Shown here one piece after another: positions 19,977 to 30,068 of a stretch of 64,000 nucleotides of DNA. Below the pieces are notes generated by a model. The model had not been told where the DNA came from. It made no database searches and saw only the letters and a list, made by a program, of their open reading frames with translations. A program made the position numbers and the translations under genes. Source of the stretch: an uncultured bacterium (GTDB taxonomy: Bacteria; Omnitrophota; Gorgyraeia; Zapsychrales; Aceulaceae); contig CALGLP010000012.1 in NCBI GenBank assembly GCA_937930175.1, positions 1,130 through 65,129 on the forward strand, read 5' to 3'. Positions within the stretch are counted from its first letter, which is position 1; each line of letters begins with the position of its first letter.

Positions 19977-20995
19977 TGTATCCTCGCAAAAATCATTTCT
20001 ATGATCAGGGCCAACGTCGCTAAGGCCAAGGGAATCTGAAAACGATCAATATACTGCTTCTTCATCTTAGCCTCAATCTCACGCTTTTCCATCGTGGCTA
20101 GGCGTGTTTGATAAAGATAATCTAAGCCAAAGTCTGCGCCACTGGCACGGACATAAGCCCCACCGGTTTCAAGGGCAATATTCTTGAGCATGTTTTCATC
20201 AAGTCGCGATTTAACAAAATTGCCGCTTTTATCTTTAAGAAATTCTTTTTCCCCATGCTCATTTGTCACACGAATCAGTTCGCCATCCTCAGTTCCAATC
20301 CCAATGCAAAAAATCTTAATATTTTTCTCTTTGGCCTGCCGTGCCGCTTGCAGAGGATTTCCCTGTAAATTCTCACCGTCGGTAATCAACACAATGCTTT
20401 TATATTGGCTAGGAATCTTTTGATACCCCTTCATGGCTTCCTCAATAGCACGCGCCAAGTTCGTTCCACCCTGAGAAATACTCTGAGGCCCAATATCTTC
20501 GAGGGCTAATAAAAATCCACCATAATCGCTCGTTAACGGACAGGCCAAGAAAGCTGTGCTCGAAAACGCCACAAGACCAAGGCGATCCCCTTGAAGCTTC
20601 TTGATCAAATCCTTCACCGCAAGCTTGGCGCGCTCCAAACGATTTGGCTTGACGTCCTCGGTGAGCATACTTTTAGAAACATCCAGCGCAATGACAATAT
20701 CAAGTCCTTGACGCTTGACCTCAAACCATTGAAACCCCCACTGCGGCCTGGCAAGTGCGACGATGCTCAAGATGAAAACACTGATGAGCAAAATACATCG
20801 AACGGGCTTTAGCATAAAACGTGCCAACGGAAGGATCTCGCTTAGCAAATGCTTGGCAGCAAATTTCTCTCGCAAGGCGTTTTTATACGTAGCCGCCCAC
20901 CACAAAAAAATACCTAGCGGTATCACAAGCCATAAAAGATTTAATAATTGAGGTTCAGCCCATTGCATAGATTTTAAGGAATCTTGACAAGCCAC
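19973..20995 (-). CDS. batB: vWA domain protein BatB-like
   Basis: Two N-terminal TM helices, then a vWA domain with the MIDAS motif LDVSKSM...DRLGLVAFS...ITDGEN. Confidence 0.7.
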   Translation of the reverse strand: MACQDSLKSMQWAEPQLLNLLWLVIPLGIFLWWAATYKNALREKFAAKHLLSEILPLARFMLKPVRCILLISVFILSIVALARPQWGFQWFEVKRQGLDIVIALDVSKSMLTEDVKPNRLERAKLAVKDLIKKLQGDRLGLVAFSSTAFLACPLTSDYGGFLLALEDIGPQSISQGGTNLARAIEEAMKGYQKIPSQYKSIVLITDGENLQGNPLQAARQAKEKNIKIFCIGIGTEDGELIRVTNEHGEKEFLKDKSGNFVKSRLDENMLKNIALETGGAYVRASGADFGLDYLYQTRLATMEKREIEAKMKKQYIDRFQIPLALATLALIIEMIFARIQ

Positions 20996-21993
20996 GTGTT
21001 AGACAAAACAACTTCACTTAATAATAGCACCAACGCAATAACAAGAAACCATGGAAAAAGTTGGCGATACTCCCGATAACCCGCTTGCTCAATGTCACTT
21101 TTTTCCATCTGGTCAATTTCCCCATAAATAGCTTTCAAGGACTCGGTGTCCATGGCCCAGAAATATTTTCCGTTGGTCGTGGCCGCGATTTCTTTGAGCG
21201 TCGCATCATCAAGATTAATCTCAACATTTTGATACGCCCGACGCCCCCAGAAATCCTGAATGGGAAACGGCACGGGCCCCTTGGAGCCAGCACCAATAGT
21301 ATAAACGCGCACATGCATCGCCTGCGCGATCTTGGCTGCCGCCAGAGGGTCCATTTTGCCTGCATTATTAATGCCATCTGTTAACAAAATAATAATTTTA
21401 CTTTTAGCATGACTTGTCTTTAGGCGCGCCACCGAAGACGCTAGCGCCGACCCGACGGCTGTTCCATCTTCCATCATCCCTAAATTAATGCGACTCAAGT
21501 TGTCCAACAACCACTCCTTGTCAAAGGTCAAAGGACAAACGGTATACGCAAATTGCGAAAACGCCACAAGACCAATACGGTCATTGCCACGCTTCTCAAT
21601 AAAATCACTCACAACACGCTTCACCGCCGTCAAACGATTTGCACGCTGACCATCAATCTTAAAATCCTCGGCCGCCATGCTCCCTGAGGCATCAATGGCC
21701 AAGACAATATCGATCCCTTGCGCCTTATAAGGCGTGGCATCAAGTACTTGCTGGGGGCCTGCCAACGCAACTAAAAAGAAAACAAGCGCTAAGAGCCGCA
21801 ACAGGTAAAGATGATCAGACAACCATACCTTAAAACCGCCCGCAACAGATGTTAACAATAACGAAGTTGAAAATTGCAATGCCGCCTCTTTTCTCTGCCG
21901 ATACCACCAGAGAAAAAAGCCTATCGCCAATGGAATCAAAAATAAGATCCAAAAACTCTTAAACGTGAGATTCACCGGGGCACGTCTCCTCAA
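20974..21993 (-). CDS. batA: vWA domain protein BatA-like
   Basis: N-terminal TM helices, a vWA domain with MIDAS motif (IDASGSMAAEDF...DRIGLVAFSQ...LLTDGINN) and a C-terminal TM. Confidence 0.7.
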   Translation of the reverse strand: MRRRAPVNLTFKSFWILFLIPLAIGFFLWWYRQRKEAALQFSTSLLLTSVAGGFKVWLSDHLYLLRLLALVFFLVALAGPQQVLDATPYKAQGIDIVLAIDASGSMAAEDFKIDGQRANRLTAVKRVVSDFIEKRGNDRIGLVAFSQFAYTVCPLTFDKEWLLDNLSRINLGMMEDGTAVGSALASSVARLKTSHAKSKIIILLTDGINNAGKMDPLAAAKIAQAMHVRVYTIGAGSKGPVPFPIQDFWGRRAYQNVEINLDDATLKEIAATTNGKYFWAMDTESLKAIYGEIDQMEKSDIEQAGYREYRQLFPWFLVIALVLLLSEVVLSNTWLVKIP

Positions 21994-22501
21994 TAAGCTT
22001 TTTGGCTAGACAAAAACTATGTTCCATTTCTTCAGCGCTTGAATGATATTTTGCAAATTTAACCAAGTCGCATGACTCAAGGAAATCCTTAAGACTCCCC
22101 TTGTGCGCTGAGGTAAGCGCTGTCGAATACCGCAACGAAAATAAAAACTCTTCCGTGGTCATTTCTGGAGCGCGCAACAACAAGCTATCTTCAAGATAGC
22201 GACGTACAATATCCGAAAGAATCGAATAATATTCTTTGACTTTTCCAGCAGCTGGCAGATTTTGCGCACGCAAGGCTTCTAGCCGCTGCAATGCCATCAC
22301 ATGCGGTGGAAGCACAGGCGCTACAGGAGCTAACTTTTTGCGATTCTTAAGAAATTTAAAAAGAATATACACAAGCGCGATTGCTACAAGCAGCCCTAAG
22401 GCCACCCACAAGATCATAAAGCTCGATGGCAAAGCCACCGGGGGCTTGACCCCGCGTAACCCTTCCCCCTCTTGAGCAAAACACGCTGTTGGAAATAACA
22501 T
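21959..22501 (-). CDS. Small membrane protein of the Bat operon (DUF4381-like); start trimmed to the ATG at 22501
   Basis: The ORF track extends to 22801, but that N-terminal part overlaps the DUF58 gene in another frame. A start at MLFPTACFAQ... gives a roughly 180-aa protein with one TM (ILWVALGLLVAIALVYILF) and a 4-nt gap to the DUF58 stop. Confidence 0.45.
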   Translation of the reverse strand: MLFPTACFAQEGEGLRGVKPPVALPSSFMILWVALGLLVAIALVYILFKFLKNRKKLAPVAPVLPPHVMALQRLEALRAQNLPAAGKVKEYYSILSDIVRRYLEDSLLLRAPEMTTEEFLFSLRYSTALTSAHKGSLKDFLESCDLVKFAKYHSSAEEMEHSFCLAKKLIEETCPGESHV

Positions 22502-22505
22502 AAGC

Positions 22506-23396
22506 TTAACGAAAACGTTTCTTGCGTTTAATAAAAAACTTAACCAACTCATGCGAAAAAGGCTGATCAGTCGAAATATTGATCGCATCCACGCCGACAC
22601 TCTTAAAAAGATCTTCCCTTGCTCGCGCTCGCTTAAGCGCATGCTCATGATAACGCTCACGCACAAGGCGATTGCTGGAATCCACCTTAAAACGGCTACC
22701 CGTCTCAGCATCTTGAAGTTCCAGCAATCCACAATTAGGCAAATCAATCTCTTTAGGATCATTGAGGGTGATCGCAATGACGTCGTGGCGCTTATTCGCA
22801 ATCGTAAAATCTTTTTTCAATTCTTTTTCCATATTCGCTTCAAAGAAATCAGAAATGATAAAGGCAACACTGCGCCGACGCGTAACCTTACTTAAAAATT
22901 CCAAAGCTTTTTTGATATTGGTCGTGCGGCCTTGAGGTTTAAAATAGAGAACTTCGCGAATGACACGCAAAACATGGCGCAACCCCTTGCGCGGTGGGAT
23001 AAATTTTTCAATATCGTTAGTAAAAATCGCCAGACCAACCTTGTCATTATTTTTAATGGCCGAAAAAGCCAAAACCGCAGCGATCTCGGCGGCAAGCTTG
23101 CTCTTAAGCTCTTGGATAGTGGCAAAATGGCAGGAACGCGACGCGTCCACAACCAGCATCACGGTCATCTCACGCTCTTCCACAAACTTTTTAATATGCG
23201 GACGACCGGTGCGCGCGGTGACATTCCAATCGATCATGCGGATATCATCGCCGGGCTGATACTCACGCACTTCCTCAAACTCAACGCCCTGGCCTTTAAA
23301 AACACTATGGTAGGCACCAGCAAAAACATCCGTGGCCAATCGCTTGGTTGAGATCTCAATACGTCGAATTTTGGTGAAAATGTCTTTGGGATTCAT
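22506..23396 (-). CDS. DUF58 family protein (vWA-like, MoxR partner)
   Basis: 296 aa with GQGVEFEEVREYQPGDDIRMIDWNVTAR, the DUF58 hallmark. It lies directly downstream of the MoxR ATPase. Confidence 0.75.
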   Translation of the reverse strand: MNPKDIFTKIRRIEISTKRLATDVFAGAYHSVFKGQGVEFEEVREYQPGDDIRMIDWNVTARTGRPHIKKFVEEREMTVMLVVDASRSCHFATIQELKSKLAAEIAAVLAFSAIKNNDKVGLAIFTNDIEKFIPPRKGLRHVLRVIREVLYFKPQGRTTNIKKALEFLSKVTRRRSVAFIISDFFEANMEKELKKDFTIANKRHDVIAITLNDPKEIDLPNCGLLELQDAETGSRFKVDSSNRLVRERYHEHALKRARAREDLFKSVGVDAINISTDQPFSHELVKFFIKRKKRFR

Positions 23397-23418
23397 ACAA
23401 CACGCTTAAGCAAAAAAA

Positions 23419-24417
23419 TTAAGGAACTTCAACAGCTTCAAAGATACGCTTGATCATATCTTCGGGTGTTTTCTCTTCTGCTTCAGCTTCATAAGTCGGG
23501 ATGATCCGATGCCGCAAAACATCCATGCCGATCGACTTAACATCTTGGGGCGTGACATAACCACGGCCTTGCAAAAAGGCATAGGCCTTAGACGCCACAG
23601 TTAAATAAATCGTTGCCCTTGGCGATGCCCCATATTGGATGAGGCCTTTGAGGTCTGCTAATTGATAATCCATAGGCTTGCGTGTTGCTTCCACGATATC
23701 GACAATATAACGCTCAATCTTTTCGTCCATATAAATCTCATCAACCACACGGCGCAAGCGAATGATATCTTGAGGCGTCATAACCTTTTTAACATCAAAA
23801 TGCTTTTCCGTGTAGGACATACGCTTGAGGATTTTGAGCTCTTCCTCTTTGGAGGGATATTGGATCTTAACCTTGAGCATAAAACGATCAACCTGGGCTT
23901 CAGGCAAAGGATAGGTGCCCTCCTGCTCAATCGGATTTTGCGTAGCGAGCACGAGAAAGGGATCATCCAGCTTTAACGTTTCTTCCCCAATGGTCACCTG
24001 GCGCTCCTGCATGGCTTCGAGCAAAGCACTTTGTGCTTTCGCAGGAGCACGATTAATTTCATCGGCTAAAATAATATTAGCAAAGATAGGACCTTTTTTA
24101 ATAGAAAACGTCGCAGTTTTTGGTTCATAAATAACAGTCCCAATCAAATCCGCGGGCAACATATCAGGTGTAAATTGAATGCGATGAAACTTTGTCTGGA
24201 GGATATCCGCAAGGGTTTTGACAGCGGTGGTCTTGGCTAGCCCCGGAACCCCTTCGATCAAGATATGCCCATTGGCAAGCAGGCCAACAAGCAAACGGTC
24301 TAATAAATACCGCTGACCGACAATAACCTTTTGTATTTCAAAGATAACGCCTTCAATAAAGGCACCTTCTTTTTTGGCTCTTTCGTTGAGAAGAGTAATA
24401 TCATTATGCTCGATCAT
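23419..24417 (-). CDS. moxR: MoxR-family AAA+ ATPase
   Basis: 332 aa with Walker A GVPGLAKTT, Walker B ILADEINRA, and sensor motifs. This is the classic first gene of the bat locus. Confidence 0.9.
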   Translation of the reverse strand: MIEHNDITLLNERAKKEGAFIEGVIFEIQKVIVGQRYLLDRLLVGLLANGHILIEGVPGLAKTTAVKTLADILQTKFHRIQFTPDMLPADLIGTVIYEPKTATFSIKKGPIFANIILADEINRAPAKAQSALLEAMQERQVTIGEETLKLDDPFLVLATQNPIEQEGTYPLPEAQVDRFMLKVKIQYPSKEEELKILKRMSYTEKHFDVKKVMTPQDIIRLRRVVDEIYMDEKIERYIVDIVEATRKPMDYQLADLKGLIQYGASPRATIYLTVASKAYAFLQGRGYVTPQDVKSIGMDVLRHRIIPTYEAEAEEKTPEDMIKRIFEAVEVP

Positions 24418-24487
24418 GATTTCCTCCCGTTTTTATTTTTCAATATACAAAAAAATAATTTTTTTTCAAGATTTTTTTAAAGAAATT

Positions 24488-27400
24488 CTAGAAAAAAACA
24501 TCCATCTGCTTAACGCACCCGCTTCGCACATCCTGCGCGTGAGGACTTGAGATCACCCCGCCCACAATCTCCTTCTTTTTGCCCCCATAATACGTGCAAA
24601 GAATCTTTTGGATCTTTGCCTGGCTGTCAAACGTATTGATCCGCTTTGGATTATGATAAACAACCAATGTTGATGCCATAAAATTAAAGGCATAGGTGTT
24701 TTCCGCAAGCGTCACATCTTCCCAGTGATTATTCTTTGTTAGAAAACGGATCACAGTTGGTTTTGTCGCGAATAATTTTTTAGACAAAATCGGTTTTAGG
24801 GCAAAGACAAGCTTGCCTTGACAATCGAGATAAAACGGCTTAAGGCCCATATTCATCACAAGCCAGATATGCAAAAATTCTGCGGTTGACCCGCTTAAAC
24901 GTGCCACATAACCTCGGCCATGAATATTGGGATTCTCATGCGCGCTACTCACAATAAAAGATGAGTTCTCAAGAATACTGCGCCCATACTTTTGAGGATT
25001 TAAAAATGGGACAAGGGTATTTGGCAAATCCTGATAAAATTCTTTATAAAGACCGCAACGAAGAAGCTCAAGCAGAAATTTATATTCCATATGGATCCAG
25101 ATGGATTGATTCTCAAGCCATCCGGCTGGAAAAATACGCGCTCGTCCGATCTCTGAAGACTCCTTGGACAAATCAGCATTGACACGATACATCTTGAGTT
25201 TCTTATCAAAAAGCGCGCTGCCCTTAACCTTAGCATAAATTTTCTTTGCCTTAACAAGGTCGCTCTCAACCCGAAAGGCATGCACAAAACCTTCAAGAAA
25301 TAACGGAAGCGCACGCCGTTTAAATCCTAGCGGCGCAATAAAGGGTAATCCTTGCTCATTGACCTCGCGTAATTTCTTATACTGTGTGATCTCATGACTA
25401 AAGTATGTCAATAAAAATCCCTTCTTGTCTGTCGCAAGCTTAATAGCTTTATCTGTTCGCGCGATGACAAGAGTTAAAAATTTCTTAATCCGCTCAACAG
25501 AAACTTTCTTTTCCTGTCCGCTAACCCCTTTAAGCGTTGCAAGGCGATAGCTTTCCTTGGCCTGGTTGGATTTCTCCCAAAAGCCCAGCGAATAAGGTTC
25601 ATCTCGCAAAATATCAATGAGCTTAATAATAAAACCGAAAAGCTCTTCAAAGATCTCAATGGTTTTACTATCCGAAAGATCCATGGCCTCAAAAGACTCA
25701 AGCAAGAATAAACAAAGTCTTTTCAATTCAATGGTTTCGCAGATCGAAGAGCCCAATAGGCCTGGCAATCCGTTTAAGGCATCATACCAGCTAGGCTTAT
25801 CCGCCTCCATCTCGATTCCAATACCTGAAGGATCCAAAGAAGACACCTTGTTCGCAACAAGGCAAAGACACTTAGCCAATAAATGCGTTGTATAAATATC
25901 ACCGCGTCCATTTTTTGTGCGCACGGTATTGTCGATCTTATCATGCGCAACATCTTTAGACATCTTACCTACCGAATGATACTGACGAGGCCCACGATCT
26001 GTCAAAACATAGCGACTGCGTCTTGGCAAGACATAATGCGTATTCTGATAAAAAGTGAAAACGTTCTGACCCAAAAGAAGGCTCTGAAGCTTTTCGGGAA
26101 ACACATGCAAATAACTTTCGATCAAATCCAAATTGTACGCCCAGTGATCGATCCAGAAGCCCTCCCCATGATCAGCCAGCTCCCCTGCAGTACAAAATGA
26201 TAAAACCTTGAGCAGAAAATCCCTAGGCGTTGTTTTTAATTTAATATCTTTTTCGAAAATAACCTTCAAAACCGATCCCGGGAAAAACTCTTTCCTAAGA
26301 AGATCACGCACAAGCGCACGATCTTTCCCATCGACATATTGATCAACAAGGGCCTCGATCTTGCGCGGATCCGCAAAATGAAACGCAGTCCCCTTAACGA
26401 TCAAAGGATTATAGCCATCGGTCTGAACAAGATTGAGGAAATTAATAATACTGCCTTCGTTCAAGTCACGGTTAAACCAAATATCATTGCGTCGATTCTG
26501 GTTAACATCGCGAAAATTACCATTCCCCTGAGATAAAAAAGTCGGATTAAAGACAAAATAATTATAATCGCGCTCAGGATCTCCATGCTTACGGCTAAAG
26601 ACATTAAAGACTACCGGTCCTTTTTCTGTTTTGAGCGATATGGGCAACCCCCCGCGCAAGGCATTATCCACAAAGGTTTGCTTGGTATAAAGATCAAATT
26701 CGCGCGAAGCACTATGGGTCAAGACATTATTTTGAACTTCTTCTAAAATCTCCTGATTGCGTGTTCGTTTATCTTTAACATATTGGCTGCACAGGCTTCG
26801 ATTGACGATACGGTTGAGCTGCGCCTTGCTATGAATGTGCCCGATCAACGAAGTCACCATTCTTTTTTCTTGAGGAACAAGCAAGAAATCTGCGTATGCC
26901 ATAGCTGAAGGCGTCTGGTTACGGGTCTTTTGATCGCGTGGAACCTGAAAAGTCTTAGCCGCAAGAAAAGCCTTGGGATAACTAAAATCAGTTGCCCTAC
27001 TAAAGATGCACGATGGCTGAACAATGGGCTTAAGAAGCCTTGGCTTTCCCCCATCTTGATCAAAACAAAAATAAAAATTTCCTTCATTAATATTTTCAAC
27101 ATACGGCTTATCCGAAACGATCACTTCAAGATTATAAAAAGGAGCCTTTTGCTTAAGATTACGAACCTGGATCCACGCCTCTACAGTCCTCGAAATATCC
27201 TTTAAAAGCCTGTCATTAAATCCATAAGGAATAATCGCCGGCATCCCATCAATAAGCTCGATAGCATAGGCCTTTTTTGACGTGTTTGTGATCGTCACCT
27301 GACGGATCAGCGCCGCATACGGCTCCTCTGGAAGGGTTGAATAATTGACTTCAACAGAAATCCCAAGAGTCGCATTAAATTCTTCAATCGTCAAATCATA

Positions 27401-27787
27401 GGAAGAAATTGCCATCTTTTGAGAAATCTTGTATTGCTTGTTCTGTAAATTATCCTGAAAAGGCTCATAATAAACAACATCTTGCCCAGTAGCGATCTTA
27501 AGAAAAGTCCGGAATCCGCCAAGCGATGTATAACGATAAGCCTTGTTGGCTGCCTGAAACTCCATGATCGCCTTGTCCTTGCTTTCAATGCCAAAACTTG
27601 AAATACACTGGCCACGATTCACATAAAAAACCCACATCGGAATACCCCAGACCCCACCAATCCCTGAAAAGAAATTAGTAAAAATCTTCGCATTATTGTA
27701 CTCTTCAACAACAAAACGATTTTGATCATCAAGATAATATTTAACAGGATGCCCACTGCTTTGAGTTATTTTCATAGCTGACCTCAT
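24488..27787 (-). CDS. Large (1099 aa) hypothetical protein, possibly (alpha/alpha)6-barrel glycoside phosphorylase/hydrolase-like
   Basis: Continuous 3.3-kb ORF. The stretch GNGNFRDVNQNRRNDIWFN resembles the RDxxQ(D/N) region of GH94-type phosphorylases. No other clear catalytic signature is visible by eye. Confidence 0.35.
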   Translation of the reverse strand: MRSAMKITQSSGHPVKYYLDDQNRFVVEEYNNAKIFTNFFSGIGGVWGIPMWVFYVNRGQCISSFGIESKDKAIMEFQAANKAYRYTSLGGFRTFLKIATGQDVVYYEPFQDNLQNKQYKISQKMAISSYDLTIEEFNATLGISVEVNYSTLPEEPYAALIRQVTITNTSKKAYAIELIDGMPAIIPYGFNDRLLKDISRTVEAWIQVRNLKQKAPFYNLEVIVSDKPYVENINEGNFYFCFDQDGGKPRLLKPIVQPSCIFSRATDFSYPKAFLAAKTFQVPRDQKTRNQTPSAMAYADFLLVPQEKRMVTSLIGHIHSKAQLNRIVNRSLCSQYVKDKRTRNQEILEEVQNNVLTHSASREFDLYTKQTFVDNALRGGLPISLKTEKGPVVFNVFSRKHGDPERDYNYFVFNPTFLSQGNGNFRDVNQNRRNDIWFNRDLNEGSIINFLNLVQTDGYNPLIVKGTAFHFADPRKIEALVDQYVDGKDRALVRDLLRKEFFPGSVLKVIFEKDIKLKTTPRDFLLKVLSFCTAGELADHGEGFWIDHWAYNLDLIESYLHVFPEKLQSLLLGQNVFTFYQNTHYVLPRRSRYVLTDRGPRQYHSVGKMSKDVAHDKIDNTVRTKNGRGDIYTTHLLAKCLCLVANKVSSLDPSGIGIEMEADKPSWYDALNGLPGLLGSSICETIELKRLCLFLLESFEAMDLSDSKTIEIFEELFGFIIKLIDILRDEPYSLGFWEKSNQAKESYRLATLKGVSGQEKKVSVERIKKFLTLVIARTDKAIKLATDKKGFLLTYFSHEITQYKKLREVNEQGLPFIAPLGFKRRALPLFLEGFVHAFRVESDLVKAKKIYAKVKGSALFDKKLKMYRVNADLSKESSEIGRARIFPAGWLENQSIWIHMEYKFLLELLRCGLYKEFYQDLPNTLVPFLNPQKYGRSILENSSFIVSSAHENPNIHGRGYVARLSGSTAEFLHIWLVMNMGLKPFYLDCQGKLVFALKPILSKKLFATKPTVIRFLTKNNHWEDVTLAENTYAFNFMASTLVVYHNPKRINTFDSQAKIQKILCTYYGGKKKEIVGGVISSPHAQDVRSGCVKQMDVFF

Positions 27788-27792
27788 AATTG

Positions 27793-28623
27793 TTAGTTAG
27801 GAGAAACTGGCTTTTCAAAAAAATGATAATACCCTGACAGCTTAAGCCAGAGTAGAAATGGTATTGTGTTTTTATTAGCAAAATGTAAACGTTTTAACGC
27901 ATACACATCTCGATTGAAACGGTTGTATCCCCGATTTGCTGTGCATGCGGAGGCATAGCCAGCATCTTTCACAAAGCCCTTAATCGCATCCGTAAAACCA
28001 CCTAAAGGATAACAAAAATGGTGGATCGCGTGCCCTAGATGGCGCTCGATCGCTTTTTTACTGACAGAAATCTGATGTTTTTGTTTATTTTTGGAAAGAC
28101 CCGGGAGATAAACGTGGTTCAGCGTGTGACTGCCAAAAACAATCCCAGCTTTCTCCATGTCTTTGATCTGCTCCCAGGTTAAATAACCTTTTTTACCCAC
28201 TAACCACGGAGAAATAAAAATCGTCGCAGGAAAACCATACTTCTTTAAGATCGGAAAAACGTATTGATAATGATTCGCTTTACCATCATCAAACGTCAAA
28301 ACAACACTATGACGAGGCAAAGTTTTTTTAGTCGTAATCGAGGAAACCAGCTCATCTAAACTGATCACACGATACTTATATTTTCGTAAAAACGCCATCT
28401 GGCTTTCAAAGTGATTGAGCGCAACATTCCTGGGATCACTGGTAGGACTACCTAGCCTCACATCAGAATACGCCACAATGGGAACAACATACTGATCGCG
28501 AAGCTTAAGGCTGTAAATAACAACCGCCAAGCTTAAAAAAATCACCACAATCATAAGACGCTGGAACTTTTTCATAGAAATTCTTAAACTACAAAGATGA
28601 CAGGCATTTTCTGACCAGATCAC
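27793..28623 (-). CDS. Polysaccharide deacetylase (NodB homology domain), membrane-anchored
   Basis: N-terminal TM anchor. NodB motifs VVLTFDDG and HTLNHVYL are present. Confidence 0.7.
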   Translation of the reverse strand: MIWSENACHLCSLRISMKKFQRLMIVVIFLSLAVVIYSLKLRDQYVVPIVAYSDVRLGSPTSDPRNVALNHFESQMAFLRKYKYRVISLDELVSSITTKKTLPRHSVVLTFDDGKANHYQYVFPILKKYGFPATIFISPWLVGKKGYLTWEQIKDMEKAGIVFGSHTLNHVYLPGLSKNKQKHQISVSKKAIERHLGHAIHHFCYPLGGFTDAIKGFVKDAGYASACTANRGYNRFNRDVYALKRLHFANKNTIPFLLWLKLSGYYHFFEKPVSPN

Positions 28624-29038
28624 TGATCATTTTATTATCTGCCCGTCCTTCAAACTTTGCGACCACAAGCTTCATCACCTGCCCCATATCCTTCATGCTA
28701 GAGGCCTTAGTTTCCACAATCGCCTCTCGCACAGCGGCTTCCGTCTCTTCTAAAGAAGCTTGTTGAGGTAAATAGCCTTGCAAAATCGCCATCTCATTTT
28801 TTTCTTTTTCAACTAAATCACTACGACCGCCTTGCTCAAACTGGACAATCGATTCCTGGCGCTGTTTAACCTGCTTCTTGATAACCGCAATAACATCGGC
28901 ATCTGAAAGCTGTTCGACCTTACTGTCAATGCGCACATTCTTGATTTGCGCACGCAAAAAACTCAAAACAGAGCTTTTCAACGTGTTGTGTTCTTTCATG
29001 GCCTGGATATAATCACTGGTAATTTGTTGTTCGAGCAT
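28589..29038 (-). CDS. GatB/YqeY domain protein
   Basis: 149 aa starting MLEQQITSDYIQAMKEHNTLKSSVLSFLRAQIKN ... LQGYLPQQASLEE, matching the YqeY family pattern. Confidence 0.7.
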   Translation of the reverse strand: MLEQQITSDYIQAMKEHNTLKSSVLSFLRAQIKNVRIDSKVEQLSDADVIAVIKKQVKQRQESIVQFEQGGRSDLVEKEKNEMAILQGYLPQQASLEETEAAVREAIVETKASSMKDMGQVMKLVVAKFEGRADNKMISDLVRKCLSSL

Positions 29039-29059
29039 ATAACCTCCCTTTGAAAATCG

Positions 29060-29281
29060 TTAAAGTCTTTCTATGGTAATCGTTTTATAGCGGGATTTCA
29101 ATCCTTTTATAATACGTATACTACTTTTAGTAATTTTATAATATCCTGCTAAAAAATCAATTAAAGCCTTGTTGGCTTTCCCATCAACCGCTGGAGCCAC
29201 CAAATAAACTTTGACCGGAGTCACGTCAAAACGGATCACATTCTTTTTAGCTGAAGGAATAACTTTAACTTCAAGACGCAT
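29060..29281 (-). CDS. DUF167 (YggU-like) protein
   Basis: 73 aa, MRLEVKVIPSAKKNVI...VAPAVDGKANKALIDFLAGYYK, the typical YggU pattern. Confidence 0.55.
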   Translation of the reverse strand: MRLEVKVIPSAKKNVIRFDVTPVKVYLVAPAVDGKANKALIDFLAGYYKITKSSIRIIKGLKSRYKTITIERL

Positions 29282-29296
29282 GCATTCTTCCCCCTT

Positions 29297-30052
29297 TTAA
29301 GTCAAACGGGTCATAGCTTCATATTCCTTAAGCCACTGTTCAGAAACCTTATAATGGGGGTCGATACTCCGAACTTTATCCCAAAACCGTTTGGAATGAT
29401 TAGCAACATAAAAATGACACAATTCATGAATCAAAATATAATCAACAACCTTAAGAGGCATCATCACGATCTTCCAGTTAATGTTAATACGCTTTAAACG
29501 ATAATAACAGCTGCCCCAAATTCTCTTTTGCGTACGAACCACAACCCTTTCAATCTTGAGGTCTAACTTTTTGGTCCACACTGGCAAGCGCTCTTCCACA
29601 GTACGCTTTGCTTCTACTTTATACCAGACAACAAGTGCTTTCTTAATGCTCTCCTCGATCTTCTCCCAGGACATAGAAATAGGTACAAGCGCTTCAAAAC
29701 GAGAACCGTTAAAGCTCATCTTTATGCGCTTGGCATCGGAAGGAACATAGCAAAGCCGATAGCTTTGGCCAAGGAATAGAAATTCTTCACCATCCCTGAA
29801 AGAATGCTGATACGTTTTGGGAAAACGCGCCGCGAGTCTTTCCAAGCTCCGAACAATCCAATGAGCCTTTTTTTGAATAAAGCGTTCAATATGCTTATTG
29901 CCTAACAACAACGGCGCCAAAACACGGACATGACGATCTTCTTTGACATAAATCGTGAGGTTTTTTCTTCTTGGCGATCGGGATAACGAATAAGAGATCA
30001 AACCTGCTGCGGTTTGAGCTTCGCAGCTTTGAGCTTTGAGGCGCACGAACAC
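29297..30052 (-). CDS. YgjP-like (DUF45 / M48-related) metal-dependent hydrolase
   Basis: 251 aa with a C-terminal ILIHELCHFYVANHSKRFW (HExxH) motif. The architecture is typical of SprT/YgjP-like proteins. Confidence 0.65.
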   Translation of the reverse strand: MFVRLKAQSCEAQTAAGLISYSLSRSPRRKNLTIYVKEDRHVRVLAPLLLGNKHIERFIQKKAHWIVRSLERLAARFPKTYQHSFRDGEEFLFLGQSYRLCYVPSDAKRIKMSFNGSRFEALVPISMSWEKIEESIKKALVVWYKVEAKRTVEERLPVWTKKLDLKIERVVVRTQKRIWGSCYYRLKRININWKIVMMPLKVVDYILIHELCHFYVANHSKRFWDKVRSIDPHYKVSEQWLKEYEAMTRLT

Positions 30053-30068
30053 TTTTAAATAAACGGTC

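Noticed and set aside
21959-22801. Long version (280 aa) of the Bat-operon small membrane protein
   Set aside because: Its first roughly 100 codons overlap the DUF58 gene in another frame. It was trimmed to the ATG at 22501, which directly follows the DUF58 stop.
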